Numbered from the stretch's first letter, positions 41,661 to 54,566 are shown. The stretch is 64,000 nucleotides of DNA from Bacilli bacterium (GCA_041686735.1 JAWLDF010000013.1:5354-69353); one strand, 5' to 3'. Numbers and translations: made by a program. The notes: a model not told the origin generated them from the letters alone.

Positions 41661-41797
41661 AGAAGATGATATAGCAGAGAACTGTTATCATTTACAAAGA
41701 TTTTCACTGATATTGTCATATTCTATCACCGGACGTGAGTTACACGGCTATATTTGGACAAGTCAATGGCGAACAAATACGAACAGGGTGATTACAA

Positions 41798-42484
41798 TTG
41801 ATTGAAATGCAGGATGTTTGGAAGACGTATCGAAACGGATCGAACGCGCTGCAAGGGGTCAATGTCAAAATCGATAAAGGCGAATTTGTCTATGTCGTTG
41901 GTCCCAGCGGTGCGGGCAAATCGACATTTATAAAGTTGATGTACCGGGAAGAAAAACCGACAAAAGGAAAGATTTTTTTAAACGGTTTTGTACTGGACAA
42001 GTTGAAAGAACGACAAATCCCCAAAATTCGTAGAGGAATCGGGGTCATATTTCAGGATTTTCGTCTCCTTCCGAGAATGACTGTCTATGAGAATGTCGCT
42101 TTTGCCATGGAAGTGATCGAGGCTCCCAAAAAATCCATTAAACCTCGTGTCATGGAAATGCTGGAACTGGTGAAGTTGAAGCACAAGGTTCGCAGTTTTC
42201 CCGATGAACTGTCGGGGGGCGAACAACAGAGGGTCGCTCTCGCAAGGGCACTGGTGAACAATCCCAATCTTGTCATAGCCGACGAACCCACAGGAAACCT
42301 GGATCCCGATACTTCATGGGAGATCATGGAGCTTTTTGAGCAGATCAATTTAAAGGGAACCACCGTGGTAATGGCCACACATAACCGTGAAATCGTGGAT
42401 GCGATGAGAAAGCGAGTCATAGCCATTGAGAACGGCAGGATCGTCCGCGATGAGGAAAGAGGGGAATACGGTTATGAAGATTAG
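41798..42484 (+). CDS. ftsE: Cell division ATP-binding protein FtsE
   Basis: GPSGAGKST, FQDFRLL, LSGGEQQR, ADEPTGNLDP. Confidence 0.96.
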   Translation: MIEMQDVWKTYRNGSNALQGVNVKIDKGEFVYVVGPSGAGKSTFIKLMYREEKPTKGKIFLNGFVLDKLKERQIPKIRRGIGVIFQDFRLLPRMTVYENVAFAMEVIEAPKKSIKPRVMEMLELVKLKHKVRSFPDELSGGEQQRVALARALVNNPNLVIADEPTGNLDPDTSWEIMELFEQINLKGTTVVMATHNREIVDAMRKRVIAIENGRIVRDEERGEYGYED

Positions 42485-43361
42485 AACACTGGGGCGGCAT
42501 GTCAATCAGGGCTTCAAGAATCTTGCGCGAAACGGTTGGATGACTTTTGCCTCGGTCAGTGCGGTCACGATCACGTTGTTTATCCTCGGTGTGTTTCTGT
42601 TGCTGGCAATGAACGTCAATCATATCGCCAACATCGTGGAGGATCAGGTTGAGATCAATGTGTTTCTGGACCTGACCGCCGGTGATGAAGAGATTGAAAG
42701 AGTTCAAAATGAATTGCAAAAAATCCCCGAAATTGATTCGATTATCTACGTTCCGAAAGAGCAGGGATTGATGGAGTTTAAAGAAGGGTTCGGCGAGAAA
42801 TCCGATCTGCTTGATGGACTGGAAGAAGAGAACCCGCTGCCGGACAAGTTTATCGTTAAGACCAGTGTTCCTCAGCAAACAGGGATGGTGGCCGATCGAA
42901 TCGAAAAAATGCCGCATGTTTCTGAAGTCAATTACGGAAAGGATACGGTCGACAAATTATTCAAAGTGACCAATACTGTCCGTAATTTTGGTCTGGTATT
43001 CATTGTAGGACTGGCCTTTACTGCAATGTTCCTCATTTCCAACACCATCCGCTTGACCATTGTAGCGCGGCGAAATGAGATCGAAATCATGAAACTGGTC
43101 GGGGCGACGAAATGGTTTATTCGCTGGCCGTTTTTTGTGGAAGGTCTGTTGATGGGAGTCATCGGAGCCATCATTCCGGCCGTGTTGCTACTCGTGGGAT
43201 ATTATGCACTTCTGCAAGTAATGGAAGGGGATTTCCTGTTCATTTCGTTACTTCCATTTAACCCTTTATCCTATCAGATTGCCGGAATCTTACTCGGCAT
43301 CGGGGCTTTTATCGGTATGTGGGGAAGTATGATGTCGGTCCGGCGTTTCTTAAAAATTTAA
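42474..43361 (+). CDS. ftsX: Cell division permease FtsX
   Basis: RNGWMTFAS, ENPLP, ISNTIRLTIVARRNEIEIMKLVGAT.WFIRWPF. Confidence 0.96.
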   Translation: MKIRTLGRHVNQGFKNLARNGWMTFASVSAVTITLFILGVFLLLAMNVNHIANIVEDQVEINVFLDLTAGDEEIERVQNELQKIPEIDSIIYVPKEQGLMEFKEGFGEKSDLLDGLEEENPLPDKFIVKTSVPQQTGMVADRIEKMPHVSEVNYGKDTVDKLFKVTNTVRNFGLVFIVGLAFTAMFLISNTIRLTIVARRNEIEIMKLVGATKWFIRWPFFVEGLLMGVIGAIIPAVLLLVGYYALLQVMEGDFLFISLLPFNPLSYQIAGILLGIGAFIGMWGSMMSVRRFLKI

Positions 43362-43411
43362 TTTCAGCGAAATATCAGTGTTGTGGGAAAGGATGAGAGA
43401 GGGGGAAACGA

Positions 43412-44617
43412 TTGATGCGCAGATTTATTGTTCGCTTCCCGCGGAAAGTCGTTGCGGTACTTATTACAACGATGTTATTGTCGATGGCGGTGGTTCCGGG
43501 ATGGGTAGAGGGGAACAGTCGTCTAGATGAGTTAAACAGGGAAATTGAACGTATTCGCCAACAGGAAGCACAACAACAACAGCAGATCAAAAATATGGAA
43601 TACCAGTTGTCTCAGATTCGCCAGGAAAAAGCAGAGGTTGAACAGGATCTGATGGCGATCGATTTAAAGATGAACGAGACGCAGAACCGCATTGATGCGC
43701 TGCAGAATGATATCGACAAAACCACAGCTGAGGCTGAAGAAGCAGCGCGCGAACTGGAAGCTGCCGAACAACGTGTTGCCGAAAGGGATCAGCTTTTAAA
43801 AACACGTGTGCGTGTAATGTATCAGGTCGGAGAAGTTTCATATCTCGAAGTATTGCTCGGTTCCAAAGGCTTCGGTGATTTTATCCAGAGACTGAAGGCA
43901 ATTAAATTAATTGTCGATCAGGATACGAAAATCCTCGAAGATAACAAATTTGACCGGGATATGATCGCTCAAAAGAAACAGGAAATTGAAGACCATCTTT
44001 CCACATTGCAGGGACTGTTTGCGGAAGCGGAACAGTTGAAAGCCGAATTGAAACAGCAACAGAAGCAGCGTCTGGTGGTCATCGCCGAATTGGCAGAGAA
44101 GGAAGGAGAAATTGAATCCGTTCTTCATGAAATGGATGATTACCTGAATGAGCTTGCGAATAAACAGAAAAAATTACTGGCCGAAAAGAATCAACTTTTG
44201 CTTTCGCAAGAATATAAGGGCGGGATCTTTGCCTGGCCCGTTCCGGACAGTTACCGCATCACTTCTGAGTTCGGATATCGCAAGGATCCTTTCACCGGAA
44301 AAACTTCGGGGCATAACGGAATGGATATCGGCGCACCCCAGGGTACGACTATTGTCGCTGCTGCAGACGGTGTCGTCAGTGTCGCCGGTTATGTGAGAGG
44401 ATATGGAAATACTGTCATGATTGAACACGGAGGAAATGTTCGCACGCTCTATGGCCATATCCGAAATGGTGGTATAATGGTGAAGGTAGGCGACAAAGTG
44501 AAGAAGGGGCAAAAAATAGCTGAAGTCGGTTCTACCGGACGTTCTACCGGACCCCATTTGCATTTTGGTGTATACAAGAACGATCAAGCAGTCAATCCAC
44601 GAGATTATTTAAAATAA
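43412..44617 (+). CDS. Coiled-coil M23 peptidase (EnvC/CwlO-position murein hydrolase)
   Basis: Signal peptide, long coiled coil, HNGMD, YGH, GRSTGPHLHF. Confidence 0.9.
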   Translation: MMRRFIVRFPRKVVAVLITTMLLSMAVVPGWVEGNSRLDELNREIERIRQQEAQQQQQIKNMEYQLSQIRQEKAEVEQDLMAIDLKMNETQNRIDALQNDIDKTTAEAEEAARELEAAEQRVAERDQLLKTRVRVMYQVGEVSYLEVLLGSKGFGDFIQRLKAIKLIVDQDTKILEDNKFDRDMIAQKKQEIEDHLSTLQGLFAEAEQLKAELKQQQKQRLVVIAELAEKEGEIESVLHEMDDYLNELANKQKKLLAEKNQLLLSQEYKGGIFAWPVPDSYRITSEFGYRKDPFTGKTSGHNGMDIGAPQGTTIVAAADGVVSVAGYVRGYGNTVMIEHGGNVRTLYGHIRNGGIMVKVGDKVKKGQKIAEVGSTGRSTGPHLHFGVYKNDQAVNPRDYLK

Positions 44618-44704
44618 TGATATCATTTGCCGCCCCGACATATACTAGACATATACCAATGGACAAGAACCCTGAAATGGAGCAAAGGTGGTGACTGTGC
44701 GGTA

Positions 44705-46195
44705 ATGAAAAAGCGTACGGCTGTATATCTGGTGATTCTGTCGATGATCCTCAGCAGTATGTTGACCCTTACCGTTGTTTCAAACGACGGCCTGTTCAGT
44801 CAAGTAGCGGGTCAAATGACAAATCCTCCGCTGACGGATAACAGCGATCAGAGCACCGAGGACAATACAGCAGAGGATACGGATCAAACGATCAGTTCGA
44901 CAGATTTTGCGAAAATTAAAGAGGCTTACGACATCATCCAGAAGTCTTATATGAAAGATGTAGAAAAAGAGGTACTGATTGAAGGAGCCATCAAAGGAAT
45001 GCTGGATGCGCTGGGTGACCCGTATTCCGTGTACATGGATCCGGAACTGGCCAAACAATTCGAGGAGAGCATGGGCTCTTCTTTTGAAGGGATCGGAGCC
45101 GAAGTCAGCATGCAAAACGGCCGTGTGACAATCGTTTCGCCGTTCAAGGATTCACCGGCGGACAGAGCGGGATTACGGCCCCATGATCAGATCATCAGTG
45201 TCAATGGCGAAAATATCGAAGGAATGGATCTGTACGAAGCGGTGCAAAAAATTCGTGGTCCCAAGGGAACCAGAGCAACACTGAAGGTGATTCGCCCCGG
45301 GGTTACTGATCCTTTAAAAATTGTGGTCATCCGGGACATGATCCCGATTGAAACGATTCACTCCGATGTCATTGAACAGAACGGCAAAAAAATCGGAAAG
45401 ATTGAAATCACCAATTTTATTGAACACACGGCAGAGGACTTCCGTAAAGCCCTCGAGGAATTGACCGATCAAAACGTACAGGGAATCATCATTGATGTGC
45501 GTGGCAATCCGGGAGGTTATCTGAAGAGTGTGCAGCAGATTGCCGACATGCTGGTTCCGAAAGATTCCACCATTTTGCAGGTGGAATATAACGACGGAAA
45601 CAGGGAACTGCTTCAATCCACCAGCGAGGGAGTCGATGTTCCGATCGTTGTTTTGATTGATAAAGGAAGCGCCAGTGCCTCCGAAATTCTGGCTGCGGTT
45701 CTTCAACACAACGGACACAAACTGGTCGGAAAAACTTCATTCGGAAAAGGCACGGTTCAAAGTGTGGAAAAAATGGCGGACAATACCGAAATCAAAATCA
45801 GTATTGCCAAATGGCTGACTCCTTCGGGTGATTGGATTCATGAAAAAGGAATCCAGCCTGATGTTGAAATTGACCAGCCGGAATACTTTTATGCAATGCC
45901 TCTTCCAAGTGATCAGGTGTTGAAATATGAAATGGTCGGTAACGATATCAAGAATCTGCAGTTGTATCTTGAAGCGCTCGGGTTTGATCCGGGTAGAAAA
46001 GACGGTTATTACAGTATGCAGACGGTTCAGGCAGTCAAACAATTTCAACAGCAACATGATCTCGAAGTAACCGGTGAGGTCAATGAGGAAACGGCACAAA
46101 AAATCAATGAAATCATGTTCTATCAGGTGAGAGACCCTGAATATGACTTCCAGTTTAAGAAAGCCGTCGAAGTTTTATTAAAAGAGATAAAATAA
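44705..46195 (+). CDS. ctpB: S41 carboxy-terminal protease with PDZ and PG-binding domains
   Basis: DPYS, DVRGNPGG, SASASEI, FGKGTVQ, AVKQFQ; syntenic with ctpB. Confidence 0.88.
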   Translation: MKKRTAVYLVILSMILSSMLTLTVVSNDGLFSQVAGQMTNPPLTDNSDQSTEDNTAEDTDQTISSTDFAKIKEAYDIIQKSYMKDVEKEVLIEGAIKGMLDALGDPYSVYMDPELAKQFEESMGSSFEGIGAEVSMQNGRVTIVSPFKDSPADRAGLRPHDQIISVNGENIEGMDLYEAVQKIRGPKGTRATLKVIRPGVTDPLKIVVIRDMIPIETIHSDVIEQNGKKIGKIEITNFIEHTAEDFRKALEELTDQNVQGIIIDVRGNPGGYLKSVQQIADMLVPKDSTILQVEYNDGNRELLQSTSEGVDVPIVVLIDKGSASASEILAAVLQHNGHKLVGKTSFGKGTVQSVEKMADNTEIKISIAKWLTPSGDWIHEKGIQPDVEIDQPEYFYAMPLPSDQVLKYEMVGNDIKNLQLYLEALGFDPGRKDGYYSMQTVQAVKQFQQQHDLEVTGEVNEETAQKINEIMFYQVRDPEYDFQFKKAVEVLLKEIK

Positions 46196-46236
46196 AAATT
46201 GGAAGCAGGAACATGTCCCTGAAATGTAGAAATTGT

Positions 46237-46286
46237 AACCACGGCAAGTTGAGTGGGATCATCCCTTTCACTTGTCGTGGTTTTTC
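46237..46286 (+). terminator. Terminator-like hairpin between ctpB and minJ
   Basis: AACCACGGCAAG...CTTGTCGTGGTT-TTT. Confidence 0.65.
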
Positions 46287-46319
46287 ATTAGTGATTAGTA
46301 AAACGAAGAAAATCGGAGG

Positions 46320-47654
46320 ATGTCAGGAATGGAAGAGTGGATAAACGGTATGGGATCGATGGGGATATGGATGGTGTATCTGTTGTTCAATCCGTTCCTT
46401 TACATATTTTTAATCATGATTTATCTGCATTATAAAAAAACGATGGAAGTCGAACGGCAATTGTTTCACATCAAATTGCATTCTCCCGGTTTGCAGACAT
46501 TGATATCCCTCGGGTATGGACTGCTCGGAGGATTTTTGTCCTCAATCATCATACTGGGACTTGGCATTGTTCTGAATCCGTCTGATTTCTGGATCTTGCT
46601 TACCGTTGCCCTCCTGTTGTCGCTGTTCCATGTTAAATACCTCTGTTTTGCCTATGCCGCAGGGCTGGTCAGTGTGATATCCCTCTTTTTACAGCAGATT
46701 GCCCAACCGGTCTGGGCACAATCGGGGGTAATCGCCCTCATCTGGCAACAGCTCATTCAACTGAACATCCCTTCTTTGCTCGCTTTTGTGGCGGTACTTC
46801 ATTTGATCGAGGCGATCCTTACCCGTATGCAGGGGGAAAAGAACGCCAGTCCGATTTTCTTGCAAAATAAACGGGGACGTATTATGGGGGCCTATCGAAT
46901 CCAGCCTTTCTGGGTGGTTCCGGTGATGTTTCTCATTTCTCCCGGTGCGGGGGGCGGTTGGATGCTGTCCCAACCGGACTGGGCGAGGTGGTGGCCGCTG
47001 TTTCAACATCCCTGGGATCCGTCAGCCGGTGCAGGATTTATTATGCTCGCAGTACCGGTGGCACTCGGATATGCCGATATGGCTATCGCAGGAACACCGC
47101 GGGAAAAAGTGCGGTTTTCTTCGCTGCTTCTTTTTATCTACAGCGGCATTTTACTGGGTCTGTCTGTTGCGGCAATGCTGCTGGATCATCCCCTGTGGAT
47201 GTTGCCGGCTGCCCTGTTTGCATTCATCGGCCATGAGTGGATGATCTGGCTCGGACACCGGCGTGACTGGAATCAGCCTCCTCTGTTTGTACAGAGCGGG
47301 GAAGGACTGCATGTTCTCGGGATCGTACCGGGAAGCCCTGCGGAAAAAATGGAAATTGAACCCGGAGATACAATCATCAAAGTGAATGATATGACGGTGA
47401 ACAGGAAAGAGGACCTTTACCCGGCCATTCAGCGAAATCCGGCTTTTTGCAAGTTACAGGTTAAAAATGTGTATGGTCATATCAAACTTGTTCAGCGTTC
47501 TCTTTATGCGGGAGAACACCATCAACTCGGGGTGATTTTGTCTCCCGATCAGGATGCCCCCTATGTTGCGGAGATGAAGAAAAGCGGGCTGCTGGGCATC
47601 CTTCGTTTATCAAAAAAGAAACGGCGGGACAGTGACATCGACAAAACGGCCTGA
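46320..47654 (+). CDS. minJ: Membrane PDZ protein MinJ (SwrAB)
   Basis: Multiple TM segments, ERQLFH, C-terminal PDZ (PGSPAEKM..GD.I.KVN); between ctpB and uvrB. Confidence 0.85.
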   Translation: MSGMEEWINGMGSMGIWMVYLLFNPFLYIFLIMIYLHYKKTMEVERQLFHIKLHSPGLQTLISLGYGLLGGFLSSIIILGLGIVLNPSDFWILLTVALLLSLFHVKYLCFAYAAGLVSVISLFLQQIAQPVWAQSGVIALIWQQLIQLNIPSLLAFVAVLHLIEAILTRMQGEKNASPIFLQNKRGRIMGAYRIQPFWVVPVMFLISPGAGGGWMLSQPDWARWWPLFQHPWDPSAGAGFIMLAVPVALGYADMAIAGTPREKVRFSSLLLFIYSGILLGLSVAAMLLDHPLWMLPAALFAFIGHEWMIWLGHRRDWNQPPLFVQSGEGLHVLGIVPGSPAEKMEIEPGDTIIKVNDMTVNRKEDLYPAIQRNPAFCKLQVKNVYGHIKLVQRSLYAGEHHQLGVILSPDQDAPYVAEMKKSGLLGILRLSKKKRRDSDIDKTA

Positions 47655-47666
47655 CCGCGTACCTTG

Positions 47667-47728
47667 AAACGTCTTCATGGCATCTTTTTCCTAAAAAGCA
47701 GGAAGGGGTGTTTGACGGAGACGTTTTT
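47667..47728 (+). terminator. Terminator after minJ
   Basis: AAACGTCTT...GAGACGTTT-TT long imperfect hairpin. Confidence 0.55.
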
Positions 47729-47742
47729 ATGTTATAATAAAA

Positions 47743-47756
47743 AGAACATATGTTCG
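47743..47756. promoter_or_regulatory. LexA (DinR/Cheo) SOS box of uvrBA
   Basis: AGAACATATGTTCG just downstream of TG-N-TATAAT (47730-47738). Confidence 0.9.
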
Positions 47757-47820
47757 TAACTTATAAAATTTGTCTGTCCTGTGATATAATGTAATGATGA
47801 ACATGAGAAGGTGATAAACA

Positions 47821-49800
47821 GTGGATCGATTTAATTTGAAATCGGAATATGAACCCCGCGGCGATCAGCCACAGGCGATCGAAAAACTGGTGCGGGGGAT
47901 TCAACAAAATAAAAAACACCAGACATTACTCGGCGTAACCGGATCGGGAAAAACATTCACGATGGCGCAGACGATTGCCCGCGTCAACAAGCCGACCCTG
48001 GTCATCGCCCACAATAAGACACTCGCTGCCCAGTTGTGCAGTGAGTTTCGTGAATTTTTCCCGGAAAACGCGGTCGAGTATTTCGTCAGTTACTATGATT
48101 ACTATCAACCTGAGGCTTACATTCCACAGTCCGATACCTACATCGAAAAAGATGCCAGCATCAATGATGAAATCGATAAACTGAGGCATTCCGCCACCAG
48201 TGCCCTTTTTGAGCGGCGGGACGTGATCATTGTGGCCAGTGTGTCCTGTATCTACGGCCTGGGTTCTCCCATGGAGTACCGTGACCTCGTACTTTCCCTT
48301 CGGGTGGGAATGGAAAAAAACCGGGATGAAGTGTTGCACAAACTGGTCGACATTCAGTATAACCGCAACGACATCAATTTTGTACGGGGTACCTTTCGCG
48401 TGCGCGGGGATGTGCTGGAAATCTTTCCCGCCTCCCACAGTGAACAGGCGGTACGGGTTGAATTTTTCGGCGATGAGATCGAGCGCATTACCGAGATCGA
48501 TGTCCTCACCGGAGAGATCCTGGGACAGCGCGATCACATCGCCATTTTTCCCGCGTCTCACTTCGTAACCAAAGAGGAAACGATGCTGCGCGCCATCCGT
48601 TCCATCGAGAAGGAACTGGAAGAACGACTGGCTGAACTGCGTGCACAGGGAAAATTGCTGGAGGCGCAGAGACTTGAGCAACGGACGCGCTATGACCTGG
48701 AAATGATGCAGGAGATGGGCTACTGTTCCGGGATTGAAAACTACTCCCGTCATCTGACGGGCAGGCCACCGGGATCGACCCCGTATACGCTGCTTGATTA
48801 CTTTCCCGATGATTTCCTGATGATCATCGATGAGTCCCATATGACCCTGCCGCAGATCAGGGGAATGTACAACGGAGACCGTGCCCGCAAATTGACCCTG
48901 ATCGATCACGGGTTCCGGCTTCCATCGGCCGCGGATAACCGTCCGTTGAAATTCGATGAATTTGAAAAACATATCAATCAAATCGTCTATGTTTCGGCGA
49001 CTCCGGGTCCCTACGAACTAGAGCATGCGCCGGACGTGGTGGAACAGGTGATACGCCCGACGGGACTGGTGGATCCCAAAATCCATGTGCGCCCCATTAA
49101 GGGACAGATTGATGATCTGATCGGAGAAGTCAATCAGCGGGTGGAACGGAATGAACGTGTGCTGGTGACGACTCTCACCAAAAAAATGGCCGAGGATCTG
49201 ACCGATTACCTGAAGGAAGTGGGTATTCGCGTTCGCTATCTTCACTCCGATATCAAGACGATCGAACGAATGCAGATATTAAGGGATTTGCGCCTGGGAG
49301 AATTTGATGTGTTGATCGGTATCAACCTGTTGCGGGAAGGACTGGATCTGCCGGAAGTCTCCCTGGTGGCGATTCTCGATGCGGACAAAGAGGGATTCTT
49401 GCGGGACGGACGCTCCCTCATTCAGACAGTGGGCCGTGCCGCCCGTAATGCCAACGGTGAAGTCATCATGTATGGCGACCGAATCACCGAATCGATGCGT
49501 TACGCCATCGATGAAACGGAACGTCGCCGCAAGATCCAGACGGAATTCAACCGGGAACACGGAATTGTTCCGCAGACGATTCGCAAACAGGTGCGTGATG
49601 TGATCGAGGCCGTTAAGGTGGCGGAAGATCAAGAATCGTATCTGCCGCAAAAAGAGTACCAGAAGATGAGCAAAAAGGAACGCAGGGCTTTGATTGAGCA
49701 ACTGGAAAAGGACATGAAAGCGGCTGCGCGTTCGCTTGATTTTGAGCGGGCGGCGGAACTTCGTGACCTGTTGATCGAATTGAAGGCCGATGTATCTTAG
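47821..49800 (+). CDS. uvrB: Excinuclease ABC subunit B
   Basis: [34 protein letters not shown]. Confidence 0.99.
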   Translation: MDRFNLKSEYEPRGDQPQAIEKLVRGIQQNKKHQTLLGVTGSGKTFTMAQTIARVNKPTLVIAHNKTLAAQLCSEFREFFPENAVEYFVSYYDYYQPEAYIPQSDTYIEKDASINDEIDKLRHSATSALFERRDVIIVASVSCIYGLGSPMEYRDLVLSLRVGMEKNRDEVLHKLVDIQYNRNDINFVRGTFRVRGDVLEIFPASHSEQAVRVEFFGDEIERITEIDVLTGEILGQRDHIAIFPASHFVTKEETMLRAIRSIEKELEERLAELRAQGKLLEAQRLEQRTRYDLEMMQEMGYCSGIENYSRHLTGRPPGSTPYTLLDYFPDDFLMIIDESHMTLPQIRGMYNGDRARKLTLIDHGFRLPSAADNRPLKFDEFEKHINQIVYVSATPGPYELEHAPDVVEQVIRPTGLVDPKIHVRPIKGQIDDLIGEVNQRVERNERVLVTTLTKKMAEDLTDYLKEVGIRVRYLHSDIKTIERMQILRDLRLGEFDVLIGINLLREGLDLPEVSLVAILDADKEGFLRDGRSLIQTVGRAARNANGEVIMYGDRITESMRYAIDETERRRKIQTEFNREHGIVPQTIRKQVRDVIEAVKVAEDQESYLPQKEYQKMSKKERRALIEQLEKDMKAAARSLDFERAAELRDLLIELKADVS

Positions 49801-49839
49801 TAAACACTTGAATTGATATGAAATGAGAGGATGAGGCAA

Positions 49840-52716
49840 ATGCCGCAGGACCATATTGTGATCAAGGGTGCACGAGCCCATAATCTGAAAAATATCGATG
49901 TCACCATCCCGCGCGATCAATTTGTCGTGTTGACGGGGCTGTCCGGATCGGGAAAGTCATCGCTCGCTTTTGACACGATCTATGCCGAAGGACAGCGGCG
50001 CTATGTGGAATCATTGTCCGCATATGCCCGTCAGTTTTTGGGGCAGATGGAGAAACCGGATGTAGACTCGATCGAAGGGCTTTCTCCGGCGATCTCCATC
50101 GATCAGAAGACAACGAGCCGCAACCCCCGCTCGACGGTAGGTACGGTAACGGAAATTTATGATTACCTGCGTCTTCTTTTTGCCCGGGTGGGACGGCCAC
50201 ATTGTCCCAAACACGGGATTGAAATTACATCGCAGACTGTTGAACAGATGGTCGATCGAATTTTACAATTTCCCGAACGGACCCGTCTGCAGATTCTGGC
50301 TCCGGTGGTTCAGGGGAGAAAAGGGGAATACAGCAAGTTGTTCGAGGAGATCGGCAAACAGGGGTTTGTCCGCGTTCGTATTGACGGCGAAGTCAGGGAA
50401 CTATCCGAATCGATCAAACTGGAGAAAAACAAAAAGCATTCGATCGAAGTGGTGGTAGACCGCATTGTTGTGAAAGAAGGGATTCAATCCAGGCTGGCCG
50501 ATTCGATCGAAACGGCGCTTTCCATGGGTGAGGGCAGGGTGCTGATTGATGTGGTTGATCAAGAGGAGTTATTGTTCAGTCAAAACCTCGCCTGTCCGGA
50601 ATGCGGCTTCAGCATTGATGAGCTTTCTCCGCGCATGTTTTCCTTTAACAGCCCCTATGGTGCCTGTTCCAAATGTGACGGGCTGGGACATAAACTGGAA
50701 GTGGACCCTGACCTCGTTATTCCCGATCCCGGGAAAACCATCGAGGAAGGGGCAATCGAGCCATGGGCAGGAATCTCTTCTACCTATTATCCGCAGCTGC
50801 TGGCATCGGCCTGCCGTCATTTCGGGATCGACATGCGTACTCCCGTAAAAGATCTGCCTGAAGAACAGATCCATCTTCTTTTATATGGAACCAAAGGGGA
50901 AAAGATCAATTTCCGCTATGAAAATGAATTTGGTCAGGTACGTGAAACGCAGGTGGTGTTTGAAGGGGTCGTTCACAATATTGAACGGCGCTATCTGGAG
51001 ACGACTTCCGAGTATATTCGTGAACAGATGATCGGCTACATGAGTGAAAAACCCTGTCCGGCCTGTAAGGGGGCGAGATTGAGTCCTTCTTCTCTCGCGG
51101 TAACGGTGGGCGGTAAAAATATCGCATATATCACCGGACTGTCGATCAGCGAGGCCCTTACATTTTTTAAAGAGTTGCAGCTTTCCGAGAAAGAAATGAA
51201 GATCGCCCAACTGATTTTGAAAGAAATTCAATCCCGTCTCGGTTTTCTCAATAACGTGGGACTGGACTATCTCACGCTCAGCCGTTCGGCGGGGACCCTG
51301 TCCGGAGGGGAGGCCCAGCGTATCCGGCTGGCTACACAGATCGGATCCAGTCTGATGGGTGTGCTATATATTCTCGATGAGCCCAGTATCGGGCTGCATC
51401 AACGGGATAATGAACGTCTCATTCATACCCTGCAAAAGATGAGAGACCTGGGAAATACCCTGATCGTGGTGGAACACGACGAAGATACCATGCTGGCCGC
51501 CGATTATATCATTGACATCGGACCCGGTGCCGGTGTACACGGAGGAGAGGTTGTAGCTGCCGGAACTCCGGAAGAAGTGATGAACAACAAGAATTCGTTG
51601 ACGGGACAATATCTTAAAGGGGACAAATTTATCGCCATTCCCCTGGAGCGTCGCACTCCCAACGGAAAATGGCTGGAAGTGATCGGAGCCCGTGAAAATA
51701 ATCTCAAAGATGTACGGGTGAAAATTCCGCTCGGTGTATTTACCTGTGTAACCGGTGTTTCGGGGTCCGGAAAAAGTACGCTCATCAATGAGATCTTGTA
51801 TAAAGCGCTGAAACGTGAACTGTACAAGAGTCGATTAAAACCGGGTGAACACAAAGAGATCAGGGGGATTGAGCATCTCGACAAGGTGATCGATATCGAT
51901 CAGTCTCCGATCGGACGGACGCCGCGCTCCAATCCTGCCACCTATACCGGAGTTTTTGACGACATCCGCGATGTGTTCGCACAGACCAATGAAGCCAAAA
52001 TACGCGGATACAAAAAAGGACGTTTCAGTTTTAATGTCAAGGGCGGGCGCTGCGAAGCCTGCAGAGGAGACGGAATTATCAAGATCGAGATGCATTTCTT
52101 GCCCGATGTCTATGTTCCCTGTGAAGTATGCAAAGGGAAAAGGTATAATCGTGAAACGCTGGAAGTGAAATATAAAGGGAAGACGATTGCCGATGTACTG
52201 GAAATGACAGTGGAAGATGCCCTCGAATTTTTCAAAAACATTCCCAAAATTAAGCGCAAGTTACAGACGCTTTTTGATGTGGGACTGGGATATATCAAGC
52301 TGGGGCAGCCAGCGACCACGCTCTCCGGAGGGGAGGCGCAGCGGGTGAAGCTGGCATCGGAGCTCTACCGGCGCAGTAACGGAAGATCCTTATATATTCT
52401 GGATGAACCGACCACGGGTCTTCACATCGACGATATCGACCGTTTGCTTAAAGTATTGCACAGACTCGTGGAACAGGGGGATTCCGTGCTGGTGATTGAA
52501 CATAACCTCGATGTCATCAAAACGGCCGATCATATCATTGATCTCGGACCGGAAGGAGGAGACAGGGGAGGAACGATTGTGGCCGAAGGAACCCCGGAGA
52601 AAGTAGTCAAGGTCAAAGCTTCTTATACCGGACAATTTTTAAAACATATCTTGCAGCGGGACCGGGAGCGTACTGAGAAGAAACTTAAATCTCTGACCAG
52701 GGCAGCCTCCCAGTAG
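49840..52716 (+). CDS. uvrA: Excinuclease ABC subunit A
   Basis: [26 protein letters not shown] twice, zinc fingers. Confidence 0.99.
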   Translation: MPQDHIVIKGARAHNLKNIDVTIPRDQFVVLTGLSGSGKSSLAFDTIYAEGQRRYVESLSAYARQFLGQMEKPDVDSIEGLSPAISIDQKTTSRNPRSTVGTVTEIYDYLRLLFARVGRPHCPKHGIEITSQTVEQMVDRILQFPERTRLQILAPVVQGRKGEYSKLFEEIGKQGFVRVRIDGEVRELSESIKLEKNKKHSIEVVVDRIVVKEGIQSRLADSIETALSMGEGRVLIDVVDQEELLFSQNLACPECGFSIDELSPRMFSFNSPYGACSKCDGLGHKLEVDPDLVIPDPGKTIEEGAIEPWAGISSTYYPQLLASACRHFGIDMRTPVKDLPEEQIHLLLYGTKGEKINFRYENEFGQVRETQVVFEGVVHNIERRYLETTSEYIREQMIGYMSEKPCPACKGARLSPSSLAVTVGGKNIAYITGLSISEALTFFKELQLSEKEMKIAQLILKEIQSRLGFLNNVGLDYLTLSRSAGTLSGGEAQRIRLATQIGSSLMGVLYILDEPSIGLHQRDNERLIHTLQKMRDLGNTLIVVEHDEDTMLAADYIIDIGPGAGVHGGEVVAAGTPEEVMNNKNSLTGQYLKGDKFIAIPLERRTPNGKWLEVIGARENNLKDVRVKIPLGVFTCVTGVSGSGKSTLINEILYKALKRELYKSRLKPGEHKEIRGIEHLDKVIDIDQSPIGRTPRSNPATYTGVFDDIRDVFAQTNEAKIRGYKKGRFSFNVKGGRCEACRGDGIIKIEMHFLPDVYVPCEVCKGKRYNRETLEVKYKGKTIADVLEMTVEDALEFFKNIPKIKRKLQTLFDVGLGYIKLGQPATTLSGGEAQRVKLASELYRRSNGRSLYILDEPTTGLHIDDIDRLLKVLHRLVEQGDSVLVIEHNLDVIKTADHIIDLGPEGGDRGGTIVAEGTPEKVVKVKASYTGQFLKHILQRDRERTEKKLKSLTRAASQ

Positions 52717-52790
52717 GACAAATTCCCGGCAAACATGTTACAATGAACGGGTACGGGAAAAAACAGTCTCAAAAGGGGAGAAAGAACAGA

Positions 52791-53717
52791 GTGAGAACGC
52801 TTGTCAAAGACGTGGTTGAACAATTTCAACTGAAAGTCGTAAGCGGACACGCGGGGTTAACACGGGAAATCACGGTGAGTGACATCAATCGCCCGGGCCT
52901 TGAGATCGCCGGCTACTTCACCTATTATCCGGCCGATCGCATTCAATTGCTGGGTAAAAGTGAATTAAGTTTTTTTGAGACACTCTCCCCTGACATTCGC
53001 AGGGATCGGATGGGAAAATTGTGTGATCCCGACACGCCCTGCATTCTGGTTGCCCGGGATCTGGAAGTCCCGCAGGAATTGATCAGCGCATCCGACGAGT
53101 CGGGCGTACCGGTTATTCATTCTACCCTTACAACCACAAAATTGCTCAGCCGTCTCATCAACTATCTCGAAGAACGATTGGCTCCGATGACGACGATGCA
53201 CGGGGTGCTCGTGGATGTGTATGGTGTGGGGGTATTGATCATCGGTAACAGCGGGATCGGAAAAAGTGAAACGGCACTGGAATTGTTAAAAAGGGGACAC
53301 CGCCTGATAGCGGATGATGCTGTGGAGATACGACAGGTTCATGATAATCAACTGATCGGCAGTGCTCCGGAATTGATTCAACACCTCCTTGAAATCAGAG
53401 GGCTGGGGATCATCAACGTGATGACCCTTTTCGGAGCAGGAGCTGTTCGTAACTTTAAGAAGATTACGCTTGTCATCGAACTGGAATTGTGGAATCCGCA
53501 AAAACAATATGATCGTCTCGGTCTGGATGAGGATAAATTTAAAATCATGGATACGGAATTGACCAAGATCACCGTTCCGGTAAGACCGGGTAGAAACCTG
53601 GCCGTGATTGTGGAAGTGGCCGCAATGAACTACCGTTTAAAGCGGCTCGGACACAATGCTGCCGTCCATTTCAGCAAAAGGTTAACGGATTCAATAGAAG
53701 AAGCAGATGACATGTAA
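52791..53717 (+). CDS. hprK: HPr kinase/phosphorylase
   Basis: [35 protein letters not shown]. Confidence 0.97.
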   Translation: MRTLVKDVVEQFQLKVVSGHAGLTREITVSDINRPGLEIAGYFTYYPADRIQLLGKSELSFFETLSPDIRRDRMGKLCDPDTPCILVARDLEVPQELISASDESGVPVIHSTLTTTKLLSRLINYLEERLAPMTTMHGVLVDVYGVGVLIIGNSGIGKSETALELLKRGHRLIADDAVEIRQVHDNQLIGSAPELIQHLLEIRGLGIINVMTLFGAGAVRNFKKITLVIELELWNPQKQYDRLGLDEDKFKIMDTELTKITVPVRPGRNLAVIVEVAAMNYRLKRLGHNAAVHFSKRLTDSIEEADDM

Positions 53718-53744
53718 TGATCACAAGCCATCGCGGGAAGGAGT

Positions 53745-54566
53745 ATGAATAGAATGATCGATGCAATCGCTCCCCTTGATCCGGTTGCCCTTCAATTGGG
53801 CCCGCTCAAGGTACACTGGTATGGAATCATTCTCGGAACCGCTGCTCTGGTGGGGCTTTTACTGGCGATACGAGAAGGAAAGCGGGTCGGGATTCATCCG
53901 GATACGTGGATGGATCTGTTGTTATATGCCGTGCCGGCCTCTATCATCGGTGCCCGTACCTATTACGTTATTTTTCAATGGGATTATTATGCGGCCAACC
54001 CCGGCAAAATCATCGCAGTCTGGGAAGGTGGACTGGCCATCCATGGTGCCTTGATCGGTGCGATTTTAACCGCGTTGATCTTCACCAGAAAACGTAACCT
54101 CTCTTTTTGGCGGATGGCGGATGTGGCCGCCCCCAGCCTGATTATCGGTCAGGCGATCGGACGCTGGGGAAACTTTATGAACCAGGAGGCCCACGGCGGA
54201 GAAGTGACGCGATCCTTCCTGGAGAGCTTGCATCTCCCCGAGTTTATTATCAATCAGATGTATATTGAAGGGACTTATTATCATCCGACATTTTTATACG
54301 AATCAATCTGGAATCTTATTGGATTTTTCCTGTTGATCGTTCTTCGCAGACTCCCCTGGTTAAGGCGCGGAGAGTTGTTCCTCAGTTATTTTATCTGGTA
54401 TTCGATCGGACGATTTTTCATCGAAGGAATGAGAACGGACAGTCTGATGTTGACGGAAACTCTGCGGATTGCCCAGGTGGTCAGCATCGGTTTGATTGTG
54501 TTTGCCGTCGTGGTGATGATCTACCGCCGCATAACGGGACAGGCGCATGCCCGTTATGGTGAATAA
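53745..54566 (+). CDS. lgt: Prolipoprotein diacylglyceryl transferase
   Basis: [32 protein letters not shown]. Confidence 0.97.
   Translation: MNRMIDAIAPLDPVALQLGPLKVHWYGIILGTAALVGLLLAIREGKRVGIHPDTWMDLLLYAVPASIIGARTYYVIFQWDYYAANPGKIIAVWEGGLAIHGALIGAILTALIFTRKRNLSFWRMADVAAPSLIIGQAIGRWGNFMNQEAHGGEVTRSFLESLHLPEFIINQMYIEGTYYHPTFLYESIWNLIGFFLLIVLRRLPWLRRGELFLSYFIWYSIGRFFIEGMRTDSLMLTETLRIAQVVSIGLIVFAVVVMIYRRITGQAHARYGE

Noticed and set aside
44618-44647. SigE-like promoter (CATATACT) before ctpB, and a SigH-like site at 46205-46232 before minJ
   Set aside because: Plausible from B. subtilis regulation but matches are too degenerate to assert
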